64,000 bases of DNA from an uncultured bacterium (GTDB lineage: Bacteria; Patescibacteriota; Minisyncoccia; UBA6257; GWB1-50-10): the NCBI GenBank assembly GCA_963722655.1, contig CAVRNT010000001.1, positions 98,612 to 162,611 on the forward strand. The letters are read 5' to 3'. A program made the translations under genes and the position numbers. Of the stretch, positions 27,570 to 37,357 are shown in pieces; positions within the stretch are counted from its first letter, which is position 1; each line of letters starts with the position of its first letter. The notes under the pieces were generated by a model that made no database searches, was not told the origin of the DNA, and worked only from the letters and a program-made list of their open reading frames with translations.

Positions 27570-27598
27570 TTGACAAATCACCGGTTTTCTGCTAGTAT
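27570..27598 (+). promoter_or_regulatory. Consensus sigma70 promoter with extended -10
   Basis: TTGACA-N17-TAGTAT with TGc immediately before the -10. Confidence 0.75.
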
Positions 27599-27668
27599 TT
27601 AGGCAGAATTATTGTCACAATTAAGACTATCGGAATTGAAAGAAACTCGGAATAAAAGCGGAGGTTGT

Positions 27669-27887
27669 ATGTCTATACCAGAAACGCCGGCAGAAGAGGT
27701 CAAGAGAAAACTGAAACAGATCGGCAAGACGGTCGGCCGAGTTGTCAGAAATCTTGACGACGACCTCATCCACGGCATTGCTTCTCTGCATGAAAACAAG
27801 AAGGTCCAGAGTTTTACGAAAGGACTCCTCAAGACGTGGAGAGATGTCCTGAAAGAGCTTGATAACGAAAAGAAAGAAAAACCTTGA
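27669..27887 (+). CDS. Hypothetical protein (AT-rich islet)
   Basis: GGAGGT SD then ATG 27669; 72-aa helical, charged ORF. Confidence 0.65.
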   Translation: MSIPETPAEEVKRKLKQIGKTVGRVVRNLDDDLIHGIASLHENKKVQSFTKGLLKTWRDVLKELDNEKKEKP

Positions 27888-27907
27888 AACTTGAAAGGAG
27901 GTTTATT

Positions 27908-28306
27908 ATGCAAATGGGTTTCGCGATCCCCTCGAAAGGCAAAAAACATCGAGGTGAATCGGACGGCGACAAGCAAAAGCCGAGAGAGGTTCTTAACGTT
28001 GAGGTGGTTGGGCCGAAAGGCAGACAAAAACTATTCATCTCCGTTAGCATGGAGAACGGTGGTCTGATAGCAGACGCCGAAGGTGTCTTGATCGACGGCT
28101 TGATCTCTAAAGAATTCACAACCGGACAAAGCGGAATTTATGTCCACGAAGTTAAGTTCGATGGAAACGAACCAACTCGCGTTATCAGAGTTAAAATTGG
28201 CGATGGACCGATTCATAACTGGGAATCAGTCATTATGAACACAAAACCGCCGCGACTTCAACTAAGTCCAATAACAGCCGAACTAGAAAGGAGGTTTCCC
28301 GTATGA
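27908..28306 (+). CDS. Hypothetical protein (AT-rich islet)
   Basis: AAAGGAGGT SD then ATG 27908; beta-rich 132-aa ORF. Confidence 0.7.
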   Translation: MQMGFAIPSKGKKHRGESDGDKQKPREVLNVEVVGPKGRQKLFISVSMENGGLIADAEGVLIDGLISKEFTTGQSGIYVHEVKFDGNEPTRVIRVKIGDGPIHNWESVIMNTKPPRLQLSPITAELERRFPV

Positions 28307-28872
28307 ACCTGAAATCGATTTGGCAATGGATCATTACATTCGGTGGTGATGTCCTCGCCGCCATTTGGGGCAGTAAGCTTGCTGCCGAAGATGGTAACAA
28401 ACCTGTTGGTGGTGCAAGCCCGGGTAAGATTCTTGGAGGATACCTCCAAGAAAAACTAGCCGAAAAGCTTGATCGCGGCACTCTACTCCATGAACTTCAT
28501 ACCATAAACGCTGATACCCAAGGCGGCATCCAGAAACTTATGGAACTCTACCTCGAACTCCAGGTGAAACACGTCATCTTCGTCGGGAATCAGGCCTACA
28601 CGGAAGACGAACTGGGGTTGATGCTTATGCAGATACCAGTAGATGAACGTAGCACGGAGTATGTTATTTTGAACGACGTGCTTGTAGAACAGGGCCGTGA
28701 AGCCTTATTCTCTCAATTGGAAATACTGCGCAACAACAAGCTCCAACAAAAACTCGAAAAATTCGACGCCGTGGCCAAAAAGAAGATCGGCGAAGTTGCG
28801 GAGCCGATTAAAAATGCGGCCCGCAAGAACAGGGAGAACAAGGGCTATGTCATCCCTTCATACCTCGAATAG
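28303..28872 (+). CDS. Hypothetical protein (AT-rich islet)
   Basis: AAGGAGGT SD, ATGA coupling with the upstream gene, amphipathic N-terminus. Confidence 0.72.
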   Translation: MNLKSIWQWIITFGGDVLAAIWGSKLAAEDGNKPVGGASPGKILGGYLQEKLAEKLDRGTLLHELHTINADTQGGIQKLMELYLELQVKHVIFVGNQAYTEDELGLMLMQIPVDERSTEYVILNDVLVEQGREALFSQLEILRNNKLQQKLEKFDAVAKKKIGEVAEPIKNAARKNRENKGYVIPSYLE

Positions 28873-28891
28873 GTAGTTGTAATCATTCAAA

Positions 28892-28915
28892 AACCCGCTT
28901 CATCGGAAGCGGGTT
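28892..28915 (+). terminator. Intrinsic terminator
   Basis: AACCCGCTTC-atcg-GAAGCGGGTT followed by ATTATTT. Confidence 0.75.
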
Positions 28916-28920
28916 ATTAT

Positions 28921-28949
28921 TTGACAAATTACATATATTATGCTAATAT
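28921..28949 (+). promoter_or_regulatory. Consensus sigma70 promoter with extended -10
   Basis: TTGACA-N17-TAATAT with TGc before the -10. Confidence 0.75.
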
Positions 28950-29026
28950 TCACCCAGTTTCTCATAATAGAAAATTAGTGGGATTGATAGAAAAACCTAA
29001 ATAAACCCTTAATAAGGAGGTCTAAA

Positions 29027-30109
29027 ATGCTTTCCGAATTGCTGAAAATGATCGCCTCTATCGGCGACAAGCCGGTGGTCGATTTTGTCGATATGGCGAG
29101 AAAGCTCGCCTTCATCAAAAAACCGCAAGAGCGATCGGTTTGGTCTGTGTATCTTCAGGCGTTGCTACGCTATGCCCTAGCGATTACCATCGCTCCGATG
29201 GTGTTGCTGGCCATAGGCATCGCAACCGACTGGAACTGGTTGATTGGGATCGTCGGCGTATTTTGGTCAATCTGCACTATCTTGATCTTCGTGATTGCCG
29301 CGCCTGTCGGGGTCCTAATTGAAATGATTGCTGACTACCCTTCCGGATTCGGTAAGAATTATGTCCATACGGTCGGTAAGGTGCTGGCCATGGAAACAGC
29401 GTTTGCTTTCGGCGCAATGATCGTTCCTGTCGGCAATAATCCGAATATTTTGCCGGTGGCGATCGTCGCGGTGATACTGCTCGCTTGGTTTTCTTGGTCT
29501 GGATCACAGGTGATAAAGGGTAAGAAGCCGAATAAGTTGGCAACGAAGCTCGTTGGCTCGGTCCTGACTATCACCATACTCGCTTTCTTCTTTCCGAATA
29601 TCCTTCCGGTCGGAAGTAGTTGGATTCGTTGGGCAAACGAAAAAGTCTTGGATCTTAAAAAACCAGGACTTCCTCTCGCTCCGTTGGCCACTAGCCAAGC
29701 CGAACTGAACCAAGCGATAGCGCAGGCGCAACAAACGCAGAGCCCAATGCCTCCGGGAATGCAGGCAAACGTGTCTGCACAACCGATACAGCCGGCGGAT
29801 ATCCGTTTCGCTGGCAACGAGACATCAAAGGATGTTCCCTACACAACCGCCAGATGCACTCCCTGGGTTTATCTTCCCAGGACCACTGGTAGCTGGTCTA
29901 CGGATTTGACCCCCGCTCTTACTACACCAGGACAATCGATATCCATCTATTGTCTTGATGGTAGGAAGTTCACGAGGACGTACGATCATAATCCGGTCAT
30001 CTACCCAACACCTCAGGCCATCTCCATCGTCGGGGATAACTGCGAGGGGACGGCGACGATAAACATCCTACGTCTAGGTCATGGACAAGTGGCAATGTTG
30101 AGCCACTAA
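29027..30109 (+). CDS. Polytopic membrane protein (about 5-6 TM) with Gln/Pro linker and Cys-containing C-terminal domain
   Basis: TAAGGAGGT SD; hydrophobic segments over residues ~45-195; no recognisable family. Confidence 0.75.
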   Translation: MLSELLKMIASIGDKPVVDFVDMARKLAFIKKPQERSVWSVYLQALLRYALAITIAPMVLLAIGIATDWNWLIGIVGVFWSICTILIFVIAAPVGVLIEMIADYPSGFGKNYVHTVGKVLAMETAFAFGAMIVPVGNNPNILPVAIVAVILLAWFSWSGSQVIKGKKPNKLATKLVGSVLTITILAFFFPNILPVGSSWIRWANEKVLDLKKPGLPLAPLATSQAELNQAIAQAQQTQSPMPPGMQANVSAQPIQPADIRFAGNETSKDVPYTTARCTPWVYLPRTTGSWSTDLTPALTTPGQSISIYCLDGRKFTRTYDHNPVIYPTPQAISIVGDNCEGTATINILRLGHGQVAMLSH

Positions 30110-30137
30110 GTCCAAGTTCATCGAGCGCGAGCTCGGC

Positions 30138-30174
30138 GGGCGCGAGAAAACAAAACCTCGCGCCCTTTTATTTT
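30138..30174 (+). terminator. Intrinsic terminator
   Basis: GGGCGCGAG-N10-CTCGCGCCC-TTTTATTTT. Confidence 0.7.
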
Positions 30175-31512
30175 CTAAATTCCGTACGTGTATGGGGCGA
30201 CAATAAGAAATCCTGTGACGGTCAAAACCGCTATCGCGATGAGCGCGAGGCGCGCGGCGAAGTCGTTTTTCTCAATCAGCTTTCCGACGAAGATTCCGGC
30301 GAGGGCGATGGCGAAAAGCAGCGCCGGGAAGTAGTGATAGAGAAATGTGGCGCGATGGACAATGGTGAAAAACGGCATGAGACAAAAAATATAACCGACC
30401 ATAAGAAGCAAGGCCGGTTTCATTTTTTCGTCAAAAAATCGCTTAACCCCGCTTTTGATCGTGAGCCAAAGCGCACCGATGACCGCGGTCGTCGAGGCGA
30501 GCCAGACGAACGGATTGCCGACGAGAACGATCCGCTTCGTGAATTCCATTGGTTTCCACATAAAAGGCCAGGCGTACCACGGGCTCATTAGTGGGTGAGA
30601 GGCCCCGCTCGTGTAGCCGGTTACCATTAAAAGTCCATTAACTATTACCGCTTTGACCGCCGCAATCGTCCGCGGAACGTTTTGATAAGCCCCGGTGATC
30701 TTTTGGAGTATCGGCCAGCCGAAAAGCCCAACGTCATAGCTTAAATACGCATTCGGGCGGGCGACGATACCACTCAAGCCTAATTCGGCAAAAACGAGCA
30801 CGATGAGCGCGGCGACGGCGAACTTCCAGAAAACGCTCTTAACGTCCTCTTTCGGGATTCTCGACCAGCCAATTAAAAGTGCAGCGACGATCGGGCCGAT
30901 AAAAACTATCGCCGTGAGCTTAACACTCAAAGCAAGGCCGAAAAGCAGTCCGGCAACGGTGGGTCGCGGTCTTTCTTTGAGAAAAAAATAGAGGGACCAT
31001 AGACCGAAAGCAATGTACATTCCGTCCATTAGGACCAGGCGAGTGTCCAAAAGTAGCGCGTTTTCGAATATCAAAAGGAACGTGCCGGCGATGGCGGCAA
31101 TGGGGCCGGCGAGCGCTCGTACGAGAAGATAGAAACCGGCGATCATCAGCAGGCCGAAAAGGACGCTGACGACTCTTAGGGGAACATAGGGGAATTGGCC
31201 GTACGGCACCGGGTTATAGTTGGTTTGGAGATTATCCGTCGCGACATTGTGATTGAAAGTAACATAATCGGCACCGGCCAAATCCACCCGCGGATAGAAG
31301 AGAAGCGGCAAAGCGTAGATCCATTTACCGAGGGGTGGATGGACATCGAAAAATATTTTTCCCGTAGCGTTATCAGCGGCGTAGGTCGTAAAATAGGCCT
31401 CGTCAAAGACCGGTTCGGCTGGCAAGACGATGCGATAGAGATGCAGAAAGGCGCTTAGAAGGACCAAAAAAATAAAAGCGACTGTTTCATATCGCTTCAA
31501 AAAATCCGCCAT
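30175..31512 (-). CDS. Protein O-mannosyltransferase-like (PMT/GT-C, phospholipid-carrier-dependent glycosyltransferase)
   Basis: PVFDEAYF, FFDVHPPLGK, SPWYAWP, GNPFVW, FLYHYFPAL; many TMs. Confidence 0.88.
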   Translation of the reverse strand: MADFLKRYETVAFIFLVLLSAFLHLYRIVLPAEPVFDEAYFTTYAADNATGKIFFDVHPPLGKWIYALPLLFYPRVDLAGADYVTFNHNVATDNLQTNYNPVPYGQFPYVPLRVVSVLFGLLMIAGFYLLVRALAGPIAAIAGTFLLIFENALLLDTRLVLMDGMYIAFGLWSLYFFLKERPRPTVAGLLFGLALSVKLTAIVFIGPIVAALLIGWSRIPKEDVKSVFWKFAVAALIVLVFAELGLSGIVARPNAYLSYDVGLFGWPILQKITGAYQNVPRTIAAVKAVIVNGLLMVTGYTSGASHPLMSPWYAWPFMWKPMEFTKRIVLVGNPFVWLASTTAVIGALWLTIKSGVKRFFDEKMKPALLLMVGYIFCLMPFFTIVHRATFLYHYFPALLFAIALAGIFVGKLIEKNDFAARLALIAIAVLTVTGFLIVAPYTYGI

Positions 31513-31515
31513 ATT

Positions 31516-31833
31516 TTATTGCGCCTTGATGACGTTGGTGACTATCGTCTGGACGCCGCTTGCTAGAAGCGCCACGGCCGCCGCGATCACGGCGTAGAGG
31601 ATAATCCTCTTCGCTTTGGTAATCTTTTCGTCGTCGCCGCCGGCCGTGACGAAAAGTATCGCCGCCCAGATGAGCATCCCGACCGCGATTATCCAAAAGA
31701 TGCCAAAAAGGTAGTTCACCCAGTTATTGAGGGTGTTTTTAACGTCCGTAATCGATGTAATGGGCGGTGTTTGAGCGGCGGCGATCGCTGGGAGGAAGAA
31801 AACCGTGAGTGCGCCGAGCGTCTTTTTGATCAT
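31516..31833 (-). CDS. TrbC/VirB2-family pilin
   Basis: Signal peptide, TM-TAGGDDEKITKAKRII-TM. Confidence 0.85.
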   Translation of the reverse strand: MIKKTLGALTVFFLPAIAAAQTPPITSITDVKNTLNNWVNYLFGIFWIIAVGMLIWAAILFVTAGGDDEKITKAKRIILYAVIAAAVALLASGVQTIVTNVIKAQ

Positions 31834-31862
31834 CACTTTTATAATACAACTTTATGTAAAAA

Positions 31863-31889
31863 AACAAACCCCGCTTGGCGGGGTTTGTT
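31863..31889. terminator. Intrinsic terminator between pilin genes
   Basis: AACAAACCCCGC-ttg-GCGGGGTTTGTT. Confidence 0.8.
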
Positions 31890-31901
31890 CATCGATCGAT
31901 T

Positions 31902-32261
31902 TTAGGAGGTTGAACCAAGCAAGAGCCGTGTGACAATCGCTTGTAGACCGGTCGAAAGGAGGGCGATGGCCGCCGCGATGATCGCGCCGATAACGCGCTT
32001 CTTCGCTTGGCCGATCTTTTCTTCGTCGCCGCCAGCCGTGAGGTATAGGACCGCCGCCCAGATCAGGAATAATACAGTGATTATCCAGAAGATGGTGATG
32101 AGCCAGTTGATGATGTTGGTCAAACTGCCCTGCGCTTGGCCCAAGGATGTAATCGGGGCCACCGCCGTGATTCCCGGCGGTTGCTGAGCCAGCGTCGCGA
32201 GCGGCGTGACGATGGCCATCGTCATTACCGCAACGCTCACGATTTTTTCGAATTTCGTCAT
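31902..32261 (-). CDS. TrbC/VirB2-family pilin (start MTKFEK at 32261)
   Basis: Signal peptide, TM-LTAGGDEEKIGQAKKRV-TM. Confidence 0.85.
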   Translation of the reverse strand: MTKFEKIVSVAVMTMAIVTPLATLAQQPPGITAVAPITSLGQAQGSLTNIINWLITIFWIITVLFLIWAAVLYLTAGGDEEKIGQAKKRVIGAIIAAAIALLSTGLQAIVTRLLLGSTS

Positions 32262-32293
32262 TTCGGTAGGTTGTGCTTTGTAAGCTCGACCTT

Positions 32294-32701
32294 TTATTGA
32301 CTTAACAGACTTTGGATGATGGAAGTTATCCCCCAACCGATAAGAATTATAGCATAGCCGATGACGGCGTAAAGAACAGTCCTTTTGCCCGTCGCGAACT
32401 TCTCCTCGTTTCCGGCGGCGGTCACCATTTGTAACGCCCCTATAATAATCATACCGACTGCAATCGGTGTCGCGATGATCCATAACCAGTGGACGATGGA
32501 TTGTATGAGTCCTTCTACGGTGCCGTTCTGGCAATTGGTGCTCCCGCTCGTGCAGAGAGGGTTAAGTAAGGAAATTGCTGTGGGACCAGGCGAAAGTGGC
32601 CCAGCTTGGGCTAAAACAGTCGATACACCGGTACCAACCGCTAAGACACACAAAGCTCCACTTAGTCCCAAAACAATCAATTCTCTTCTCATTCGTTTCA
32701 T
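32294..32701 (-). CDS. TrbC/VirB2-family pilin
   Basis: Signal peptide, LNPLC..C, TM-TAAGNEEKFATGKRTVLYAVIG-TM. Confidence 0.85.
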   Translation of the reverse strand: MKRMRRELIVLGLSGALCVLAVGTGVSTVLAQAGPLSPGPTAISLLNPLCTSGSTNCQNGTVEGLIQSIVHWLWIIATPIAVGMIIIGALQMVTAAGNEEKFATGKRTVLYAVIGYAIILIGWGITSIIQSLLSQ

Positions 32702-32702
32702 T

Positions 32703-33140
32703 TTAGCACTGAATTTGGGCCCACGGGAAGTCCAGCCGGCCGGTCAGGACCTGGAAGAGCGTGTTCACAATGAGCCACCCGCAGAGGATGATGATGAGGC
32801 CGATGATCGCGCTCGTCATTATCTTTCTCGCCTCGCCGAAGTTGCTCTCAGAACCGAAGGAGACCATCATCCGGATCGCGCCGTAGACGATGAAGACGAC
32901 GGCGATGATTATCCCGAGGGGTACCGCGATGTTGTTTATGATGTTCCCGGCGACGATCACGGCATCGCAGGTCGAGCAGCCAATCGTGGAAGTGCCGGTC
33001 GTCGCGTTGCAGGTCTGGCCGCCCTGTCCCGTTCCCTGCCAGATGTTGAAGCTGAAGTTCGGCATCGCGGCCGAGGCCGTTTGGGCGAGAGCGCTGGAAA
33101 CGGCGATGATGGCGAAAGCGACGATTAAAATTTTATGCAT
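32703..33140 (-). CDS. TrbC/VirB2-family pilin with Cys residues (start MHKILI at 33140)
   Basis: Signal peptide, CSTCD, TM-SFGSESNFGEARKIMTSAIIG-TM, WAQIQC end. Confidence 0.85.
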   Translation of the reverse strand: MHKILIVAFAIIAVSSALAQTASAAMPNFSFNIWQGTGQGGQTCNATTGTSTIGCSTCDAVIVAGNIINNIAVPLGIIIAVVFIVYGAIRMMVSFGSESNFGEARKIMTSAIIGLIIILCGWLIVNTLFQVLTGRLDFPWAQIQC

Positions 33141-33151
33141 TTCAATATTGG

Positions 33152-33166
33152 GGAGGTTTAACCTCC
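33152..33166. repeat. REP-like palindrome GGAGGTT-N-AACCTCC
   Basis: Perfect 7-bp arms with 1-nt spacer over the stop codon of the solute-binding gene. Confidence 0.55.
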
Positions 33167-34468
33167 TATGTTCTGCGCGAGCTGGTAGATCTGGTTTTGA
33201 GCTTGAGTCAGAGCCGCTTGAACAGTCGTTTGGCCCGTGAGGACACTCTGGATCGTTTGAGAAAGGATCTGGGCATCGGCGGCCGGGTCGGCCTCGTACC
33301 ACGACTTCGCGATCAGGGCCTGTCTCGCGAAAGCGCTCAAGGTCGGGTCGCTTTCCTCATTATATATCACCTGGTTCAGGGCTGGTGGCTTGCCGGTCGC
33401 GGTCACGTAGGCGGCGGCGTTCGTCTGGTTCGTCGTCATATCCAGAATGAGGGTCCAGGCGAGAGCGGCGTGGGTGCTCTGTTTGGAGACGACGTAAGCC
33501 CAGTAGTTCGGGTAGGCCGCCACGACTCCGTTTTTGACCTGCGGCACCGGTACCGTCTCGATGTCGAGGAAAGGCTTCTGCGACTTTATCTGCGGAATGG
33601 CCGATTCGTAGTCGAAGATCATCGCTGTTTTGCCTTGGGCGAGGGCGTCAACTGGGTCGGGGAGCGTCGAGCTCCAGGTATAAACGGACGAGTTCGGTGA
33701 GCCGAACTGGACGTAGAACTGAAGGGCGTTCTGAGCCGCTTGGGAATTGAGGTTGAAGTTACCCGCGCGCGAGTCCAGGGCGACGCCGTTCTGGATCAAG
33801 AGAAGCGCCAGAAGATCGGAGGCGCGGGGAACGCTGTCGTTCGGGCCGCCGATCGCCGCCGCCGCTTGAATGATGTTCCCGGCCGCGTCCTTTTGCGTGA
33901 GCTTCGGGACGTTCGCCGTGAAATCGTCCCAACTCTGCCAGGTCGATGGGAGCGGCACGCCGGCCTGGTCGAAGAGCGAGCGGTTGTAGATCAAGGCGAG
34001 GGTGTCGATCGAGAGCGGCAGGCCGTAGACCTGACCTTGAGAAACGAAGTCCTGGACCACGACGGGCGGGAAAAGTTGTTGCAGGTTGAGGAGTGCGAAC
34101 TGGGTCTGGGGAACGGGCGTGATCTTGTTCAAATTTGGCTGGAGGTCCGTGTTCGGGACCATAAAGATGTCCGGTCCTTCGTTCGCCGCGAGGGCGTTCA
34201 AGACGGCCGCCTCGTACGTCTTAGCGTCGGGGAAGCTCCGGTAGTTCACCGTGACGTTCTTATATGTCTGGTTGAAACTTTGGATGGCGGCACCATAGGC
34301 CGATGACGGGTCGCCGACGCCCCAGAAGTTCAAAGTCGCCTTGATGTTCTGGGGGTTCGTCTGCTGATTTTGAAGTCCTGGCAGGATGCCGATGAAGACC
34401 AAGGCGAATATCAAAACCACGCCGCCCCCGACAGCGATCATTATGATTTGATTGTGAGAGAATTTCAT
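33158..34468 (-). CDS. Extracellular solute-binding protein (family 1, sugar-type), membrane anchored, orphan
   Basis: TLNFWG, ALA.NEGPDIF, YGLPLSIDTLALIYNRSLF, GKTAM; no ABC permease or ATPase nearby. Confidence 0.88.
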   Translation of the reverse strand: MKFSHNQIIMIAVGGGVVLIFALVFIGILPGLQNQQTNPQNIKATLNFWGVGDPSSAYGAAIQSFNQTYKNVTVNYRSFPDAKTYEAAVLNALAANEGPDIFMVPNTDLQPNLNKITPVPQTQFALLNLQQLFPPVVVQDFVSQGQVYGLPLSIDTLALIYNRSLFDQAGVPLPSTWQSWDDFTANVPKLTQKDAAGNIIQAAAAIGGPNDSVPRASDLLALLLIQNGVALDSRAGNFNLNSQAAQNALQFYVQFGSPNSSVYTWSSTLPDPVDALAQGKTAMIFDYESAIPQIKSQKPFLDIETVPVPQVKNGVVAAYPNYWAYVVSKQSTHAALAWTLILDMTTNQTNAAAYVTATGKPPALNQVIYNEESDPTLSAFARQALIAKSWYEADPAADAQILSQTIQSVLTGQTTVQAALTQAQNQIYQLAQNIGG

Positions 34469-36916
34469 TTAAAGGCAAACTATGCCCACTAACTTATCCC
34501 CCTTCTCCAGGTTCATGATCTTCACTCCCTGGGTCGCGCGGGAAAGGACGCGAATGTCCTTCAAGGCCGTCCGAAGGGCTTGGCCCTTGGTCGAGAAGGC
34601 GAGCACCTCCGTTGTCGCGTCGTCCACGATGTGGGCGCCGATCACTGGACCGGTCTTTCCAGTGATTTTCGCGGTCTTGATGCCCGAGCCGCCGCGCTTT
34701 TGGACCTTGTACTCCTTGAGGAGCGTCTGCTTGGCGAAACCGTTCGCCATCACGGCGACCAACCTCCCCCTTTCCGCATCCTCTTTCTTTATTATATCAA
34801 GCCCGCTCACCATATCCCCCTTGCCGAGGCGCATGGCCTTCACACCCGAAGCGCCGCGGCCCATCGCCCGGATGTCCTTTTCCTTGAAACGGATGGCCTG
34901 GCCGAGGGCCGAGGAGATGATGATCTGGTCCTCCCCGCCCGAGAGCCGGACCCAACCCAGCGAGTCCCCCGCCGTAAGCTTGATGGCGATGATGCCGTTC
35001 CGGCGGACGTTGCCGAAGTCGCTCAAAGCCGTCTTTTTGACGATACCTTCCTTCGTGACCATCACGAGGAAGTTCTTGCCGCTCGCGAGCTCGTTCGAAT
35101 AAGCCACGATTGCGCTCACCTTTTCCGTCCCCGGCATCTCGAGGAAGTTGTAGATCGCCCGGCCCTTCGCGGTGCGGCTCGCGACCGGGATCTCGTAGAC
35201 CTTGGTCTGGAAGACCTTGCCTTGGTTGGTGAAAAAGAGGATGTTGTCGTGCGTGTTCGCGGAAAGGAACTGATAGATCAAGTCCTCCTCCTTGAGGTCG
35301 AAGCCGATGAGGCCTTTGCCGCCGCGCTTCTGGACGCGGAAGGTGTCAGGCGGCATCCGTTTGATGTAGCCGTCCTGGGTCAAAGTGATGAGCGCCTCTT
35401 CGGAAGCGATCAAATCCTCCTCCTTGAACTCCTTGAGACCGCTCGCGACGATCTTCGTCCGGCGGCCCTCCGGGAAGGTTTTTTGAAGAAAGGCTAGGTC
35501 CTCCTTGATGATCCCGAGGATCTTCTTCGGCTGTTTCAAAATAAGCTCCAGTTCGGCGATGAGCTTCCGCTTTTCCACGAGCTCGTCCTCCAGTTTCTGG
35601 TGTTCAAGGGCGGCCAGGGTCTGGAGGCGCATCTCGAGGATCGCGTCCGCTTGGAGCGCCGTGAGCTTGAAGCTCTTCATCAAGTTCTGTTTTGCGTCCT
35701 CGCGGTCCTTTGATCTCTTGATGGTCGCGATGACCTTATCGATGACGTCCAAGGCCCTAACAAGACCTTCCAAGATGTGCTCGCGCTCCTTAGCCTTCTT
35801 GAGATCGAACTCGGTCCGGCGGCGGATGACGATCTTCCGGTGCTCCAGGTAAGCCGCAAGCACTTCCTTGAGCGAAAAGATCTGCGGCTGGATGCCGTCC
35901 ATAAGGGCCAGCATGTTCAAATAGAAGTTCTTCTGGAGCTCGGTGTACTCGTAGAGCTGGTTCAAGATCTTCTGGGGCGCGGCATCGGATTTGAGCTCGA
36001 CGACGATGCGCAATCCTTCGCGGTCGGATTCGTCCCGGAGGTCGCGGATGCCGTCGATCTTCTTCTCGGTCACGAGCTCTGCCATTTTGGTGATGAGGTC
36101 GGATTTGTTCACTTGGTACGGGATCTCCGTAATGATGATCTGGAAAGCGCCGGACTTGCGTTCCTCGACCTCGGCCTTGGCCCGCATTGTGATAGAGCCC
36201 TTGCCGGTCGCGTAGGCCTCTTCAATGCCCTTTTTGTTGTAGATCACACCACCAGTCGGGAAGTCCGGTCCGGGCAGGAACTCCATCAGCTCTTTGACGG
36301 AGGCGTCGGTATGGTCGATCAAATAGGCCGTCGCGTCGGCGACCTCGCCCAAATTGTGGGGCGGGATGGACGTCGTCATGCCGACCGCGATGCCGGAGGC
36401 GCCGTTCAAAAGTAGGTTCGGGAGCTTGGCCGGGAGGTAGCGGGGTTCATCGCGCGTCGCGTCATAGTTGGGTTGCCACTCCACGGTCTCCTTCTCGATG
36501 TCCTGGAGCATCTCCTCGGCGATCTTCGAGAGGCGCGCCTCGGTGTAACGCATCGCGGCGGGGCTGTCGCCGTCAATCGAACCCCAATTCCCTTGGCCGT
36601 CGATCAACGGGTAACGCAAAGAGAAGTCCTGGGCCATTCTGGCCAAGGCGTCGTAAACCGAAAGGTCGCCGTGGGGATGGTATTTGCCAAGCACTTCGCC
36701 GACGACGTTCGCTGACTTCTTGAACTTCGCCGCGTGGGTGAGGCCCGAGTCCCACATCGCCCAGAGGATGCGCCGCTGGACGGGCTTCATGCCGTCGCGG
36801 ACGTCCGGCAGGGCGCGCGAGACGATGACGGACATAGCATAGTCCAAATAGGATTCCTTGAGCTCCGCCGTGATCTCCCGGTCCTTGATGTTCTCCTTTT
36901 TGATGTCGTCCTCCAT
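34469..36916 (-). CDS. gyrA: DNA gyrase subunit A
   Basis: [34 protein letters not shown], GyrA-box QKRGGKG. Confidence 0.98.
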   Translation of the reverse strand: MEDDIKKENIKDREITAELKESYLDYAMSVIVSRALPDVRDGMKPVQRRILWAMWDSGLTHAAKFKKSANVVGEVLGKYHPHGDLSVYDALARMAQDFSLRYPLIDGQGNWGSIDGDSPAAMRYTEARLSKIAEEMLQDIEKETVEWQPNYDATRDEPRYLPAKLPNLLLNGASGIAVGMTTSIPPHNLGEVADATAYLIDHTDASVKELMEFLPGPDFPTGGVIYNKKGIEEAYATGKGSITMRAKAEVEERKSGAFQIIITEIPYQVNKSDLITKMAELVTEKKIDGIRDLRDESDREGLRIVVELKSDAAPQKILNQLYEYTELQKNFYLNMLALMDGIQPQIFSLKEVLAAYLEHRKIVIRRRTEFDLKKAKEREHILEGLVRALDVIDKVIATIKRSKDREDAKQNLMKSFKLTALQADAILEMRLQTLAALEHQKLEDELVEKRKLIAELELILKQPKKILGIIKEDLAFLQKTFPEGRRTKIVASGLKEFKEEDLIASEEALITLTQDGYIKRMPPDTFRVQKRGGKGLIGFDLKEEDLIYQFLSANTHDNILFFTNQGKVFQTKVYEIPVASRTAKGRAIYNFLEMPGTEKVSAIVAYSNELASGKNFLVMVTKEGIVKKTALSDFGNVRRNGIIAIKLTAGDSLGWVRLSGGEDQIIISSALGQAIRFKEKDIRAMGRGASGVKAMRLGKGDMVSGLDIIKKEDAERGRLVAVMANGFAKQTLLKEYKVQKRGGSGIKTAKITGKTGPVIGAHIVDDATTEVLAFSTKGQALRTALKDIRVLSRATQGVKIMNLEKGDKLVGIVCL

Positions 36917-36920
36917 TGTG

Positions 36921-36941
36921 AAATATTAAATATTTAATGTT
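36921..36941. repeat. 7-nt periodic AT-rich intergenic tract
   Basis: AAATATT AAATATT TAATGTT immediately upstream of gyrA. Confidence 0.5.
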
Positions 36942-36947
36942 TAAACA

Positions 36948-37355
36948 TCACTGCGTCGTGCTCGTCGCCTCCAATTGGAGTGTATTCGTCCTTTGTATCT
37001 GGTTTTGGAAATCCTGCCAAGCCCCGCCAATCACGTTCCCAATGTTTTGGAAGCCGCTCCCGAGGTCCTGCCAGACGATACCGAAACCCCGACCCAGCGT
37101 TCCGAAGAAAGAGCCAGTCTTGGTCTCGCCCGAGGCGCCAGGGAAAGACGTCGTCGCGCTCGAGGTGGCGGTCGCCACCTCCGGCGCCGCTTGCGGTAGG
37201 GTCATATTGAGGTAAACCAGCCAGAGGAAGACGACGACGATCATTAATACGGCGGAGACGCCGTACAGATACCGCCTTTTGGTCTTGTCGTCGGCGCGCT
37301 GGAGGCGCTTTATGAAATCGCGGGTCTTAGTGGCCGTTTCTTTGATGTTCGGCAT
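36948..37355 (-). CDS. Single-pass membrane hypothetical protein (start MPNIKE at 37355)
   Basis: Basic N-terminus, one TM, Thr-rich linker. Confidence 0.7.
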   Translation of the reverse strand: MPNIKETATKTRDFIKRLQRADDKTKRRYLYGVSAVLMIVVVFLWLVYLNMTLPQAAPEVATATSSATTSFPGASGETKTGSFFGTLGRGFGIVWQDLGSGFQNIGNVIGGAWQDFQNQIQRTNTLQLEATSTTQ

Positions 37356-37357
37356 CG

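Noticed and set aside
28921-28948. dif-like 28-mer TTGACAAATTA-CATATA-TTATGCTAATA near the Xer gene
   Set aside because: Only the right arm resembles the XerD site (8/11), the sequence is fully explained as a sigma70 promoter, and it lies near oriC rather than the terminus
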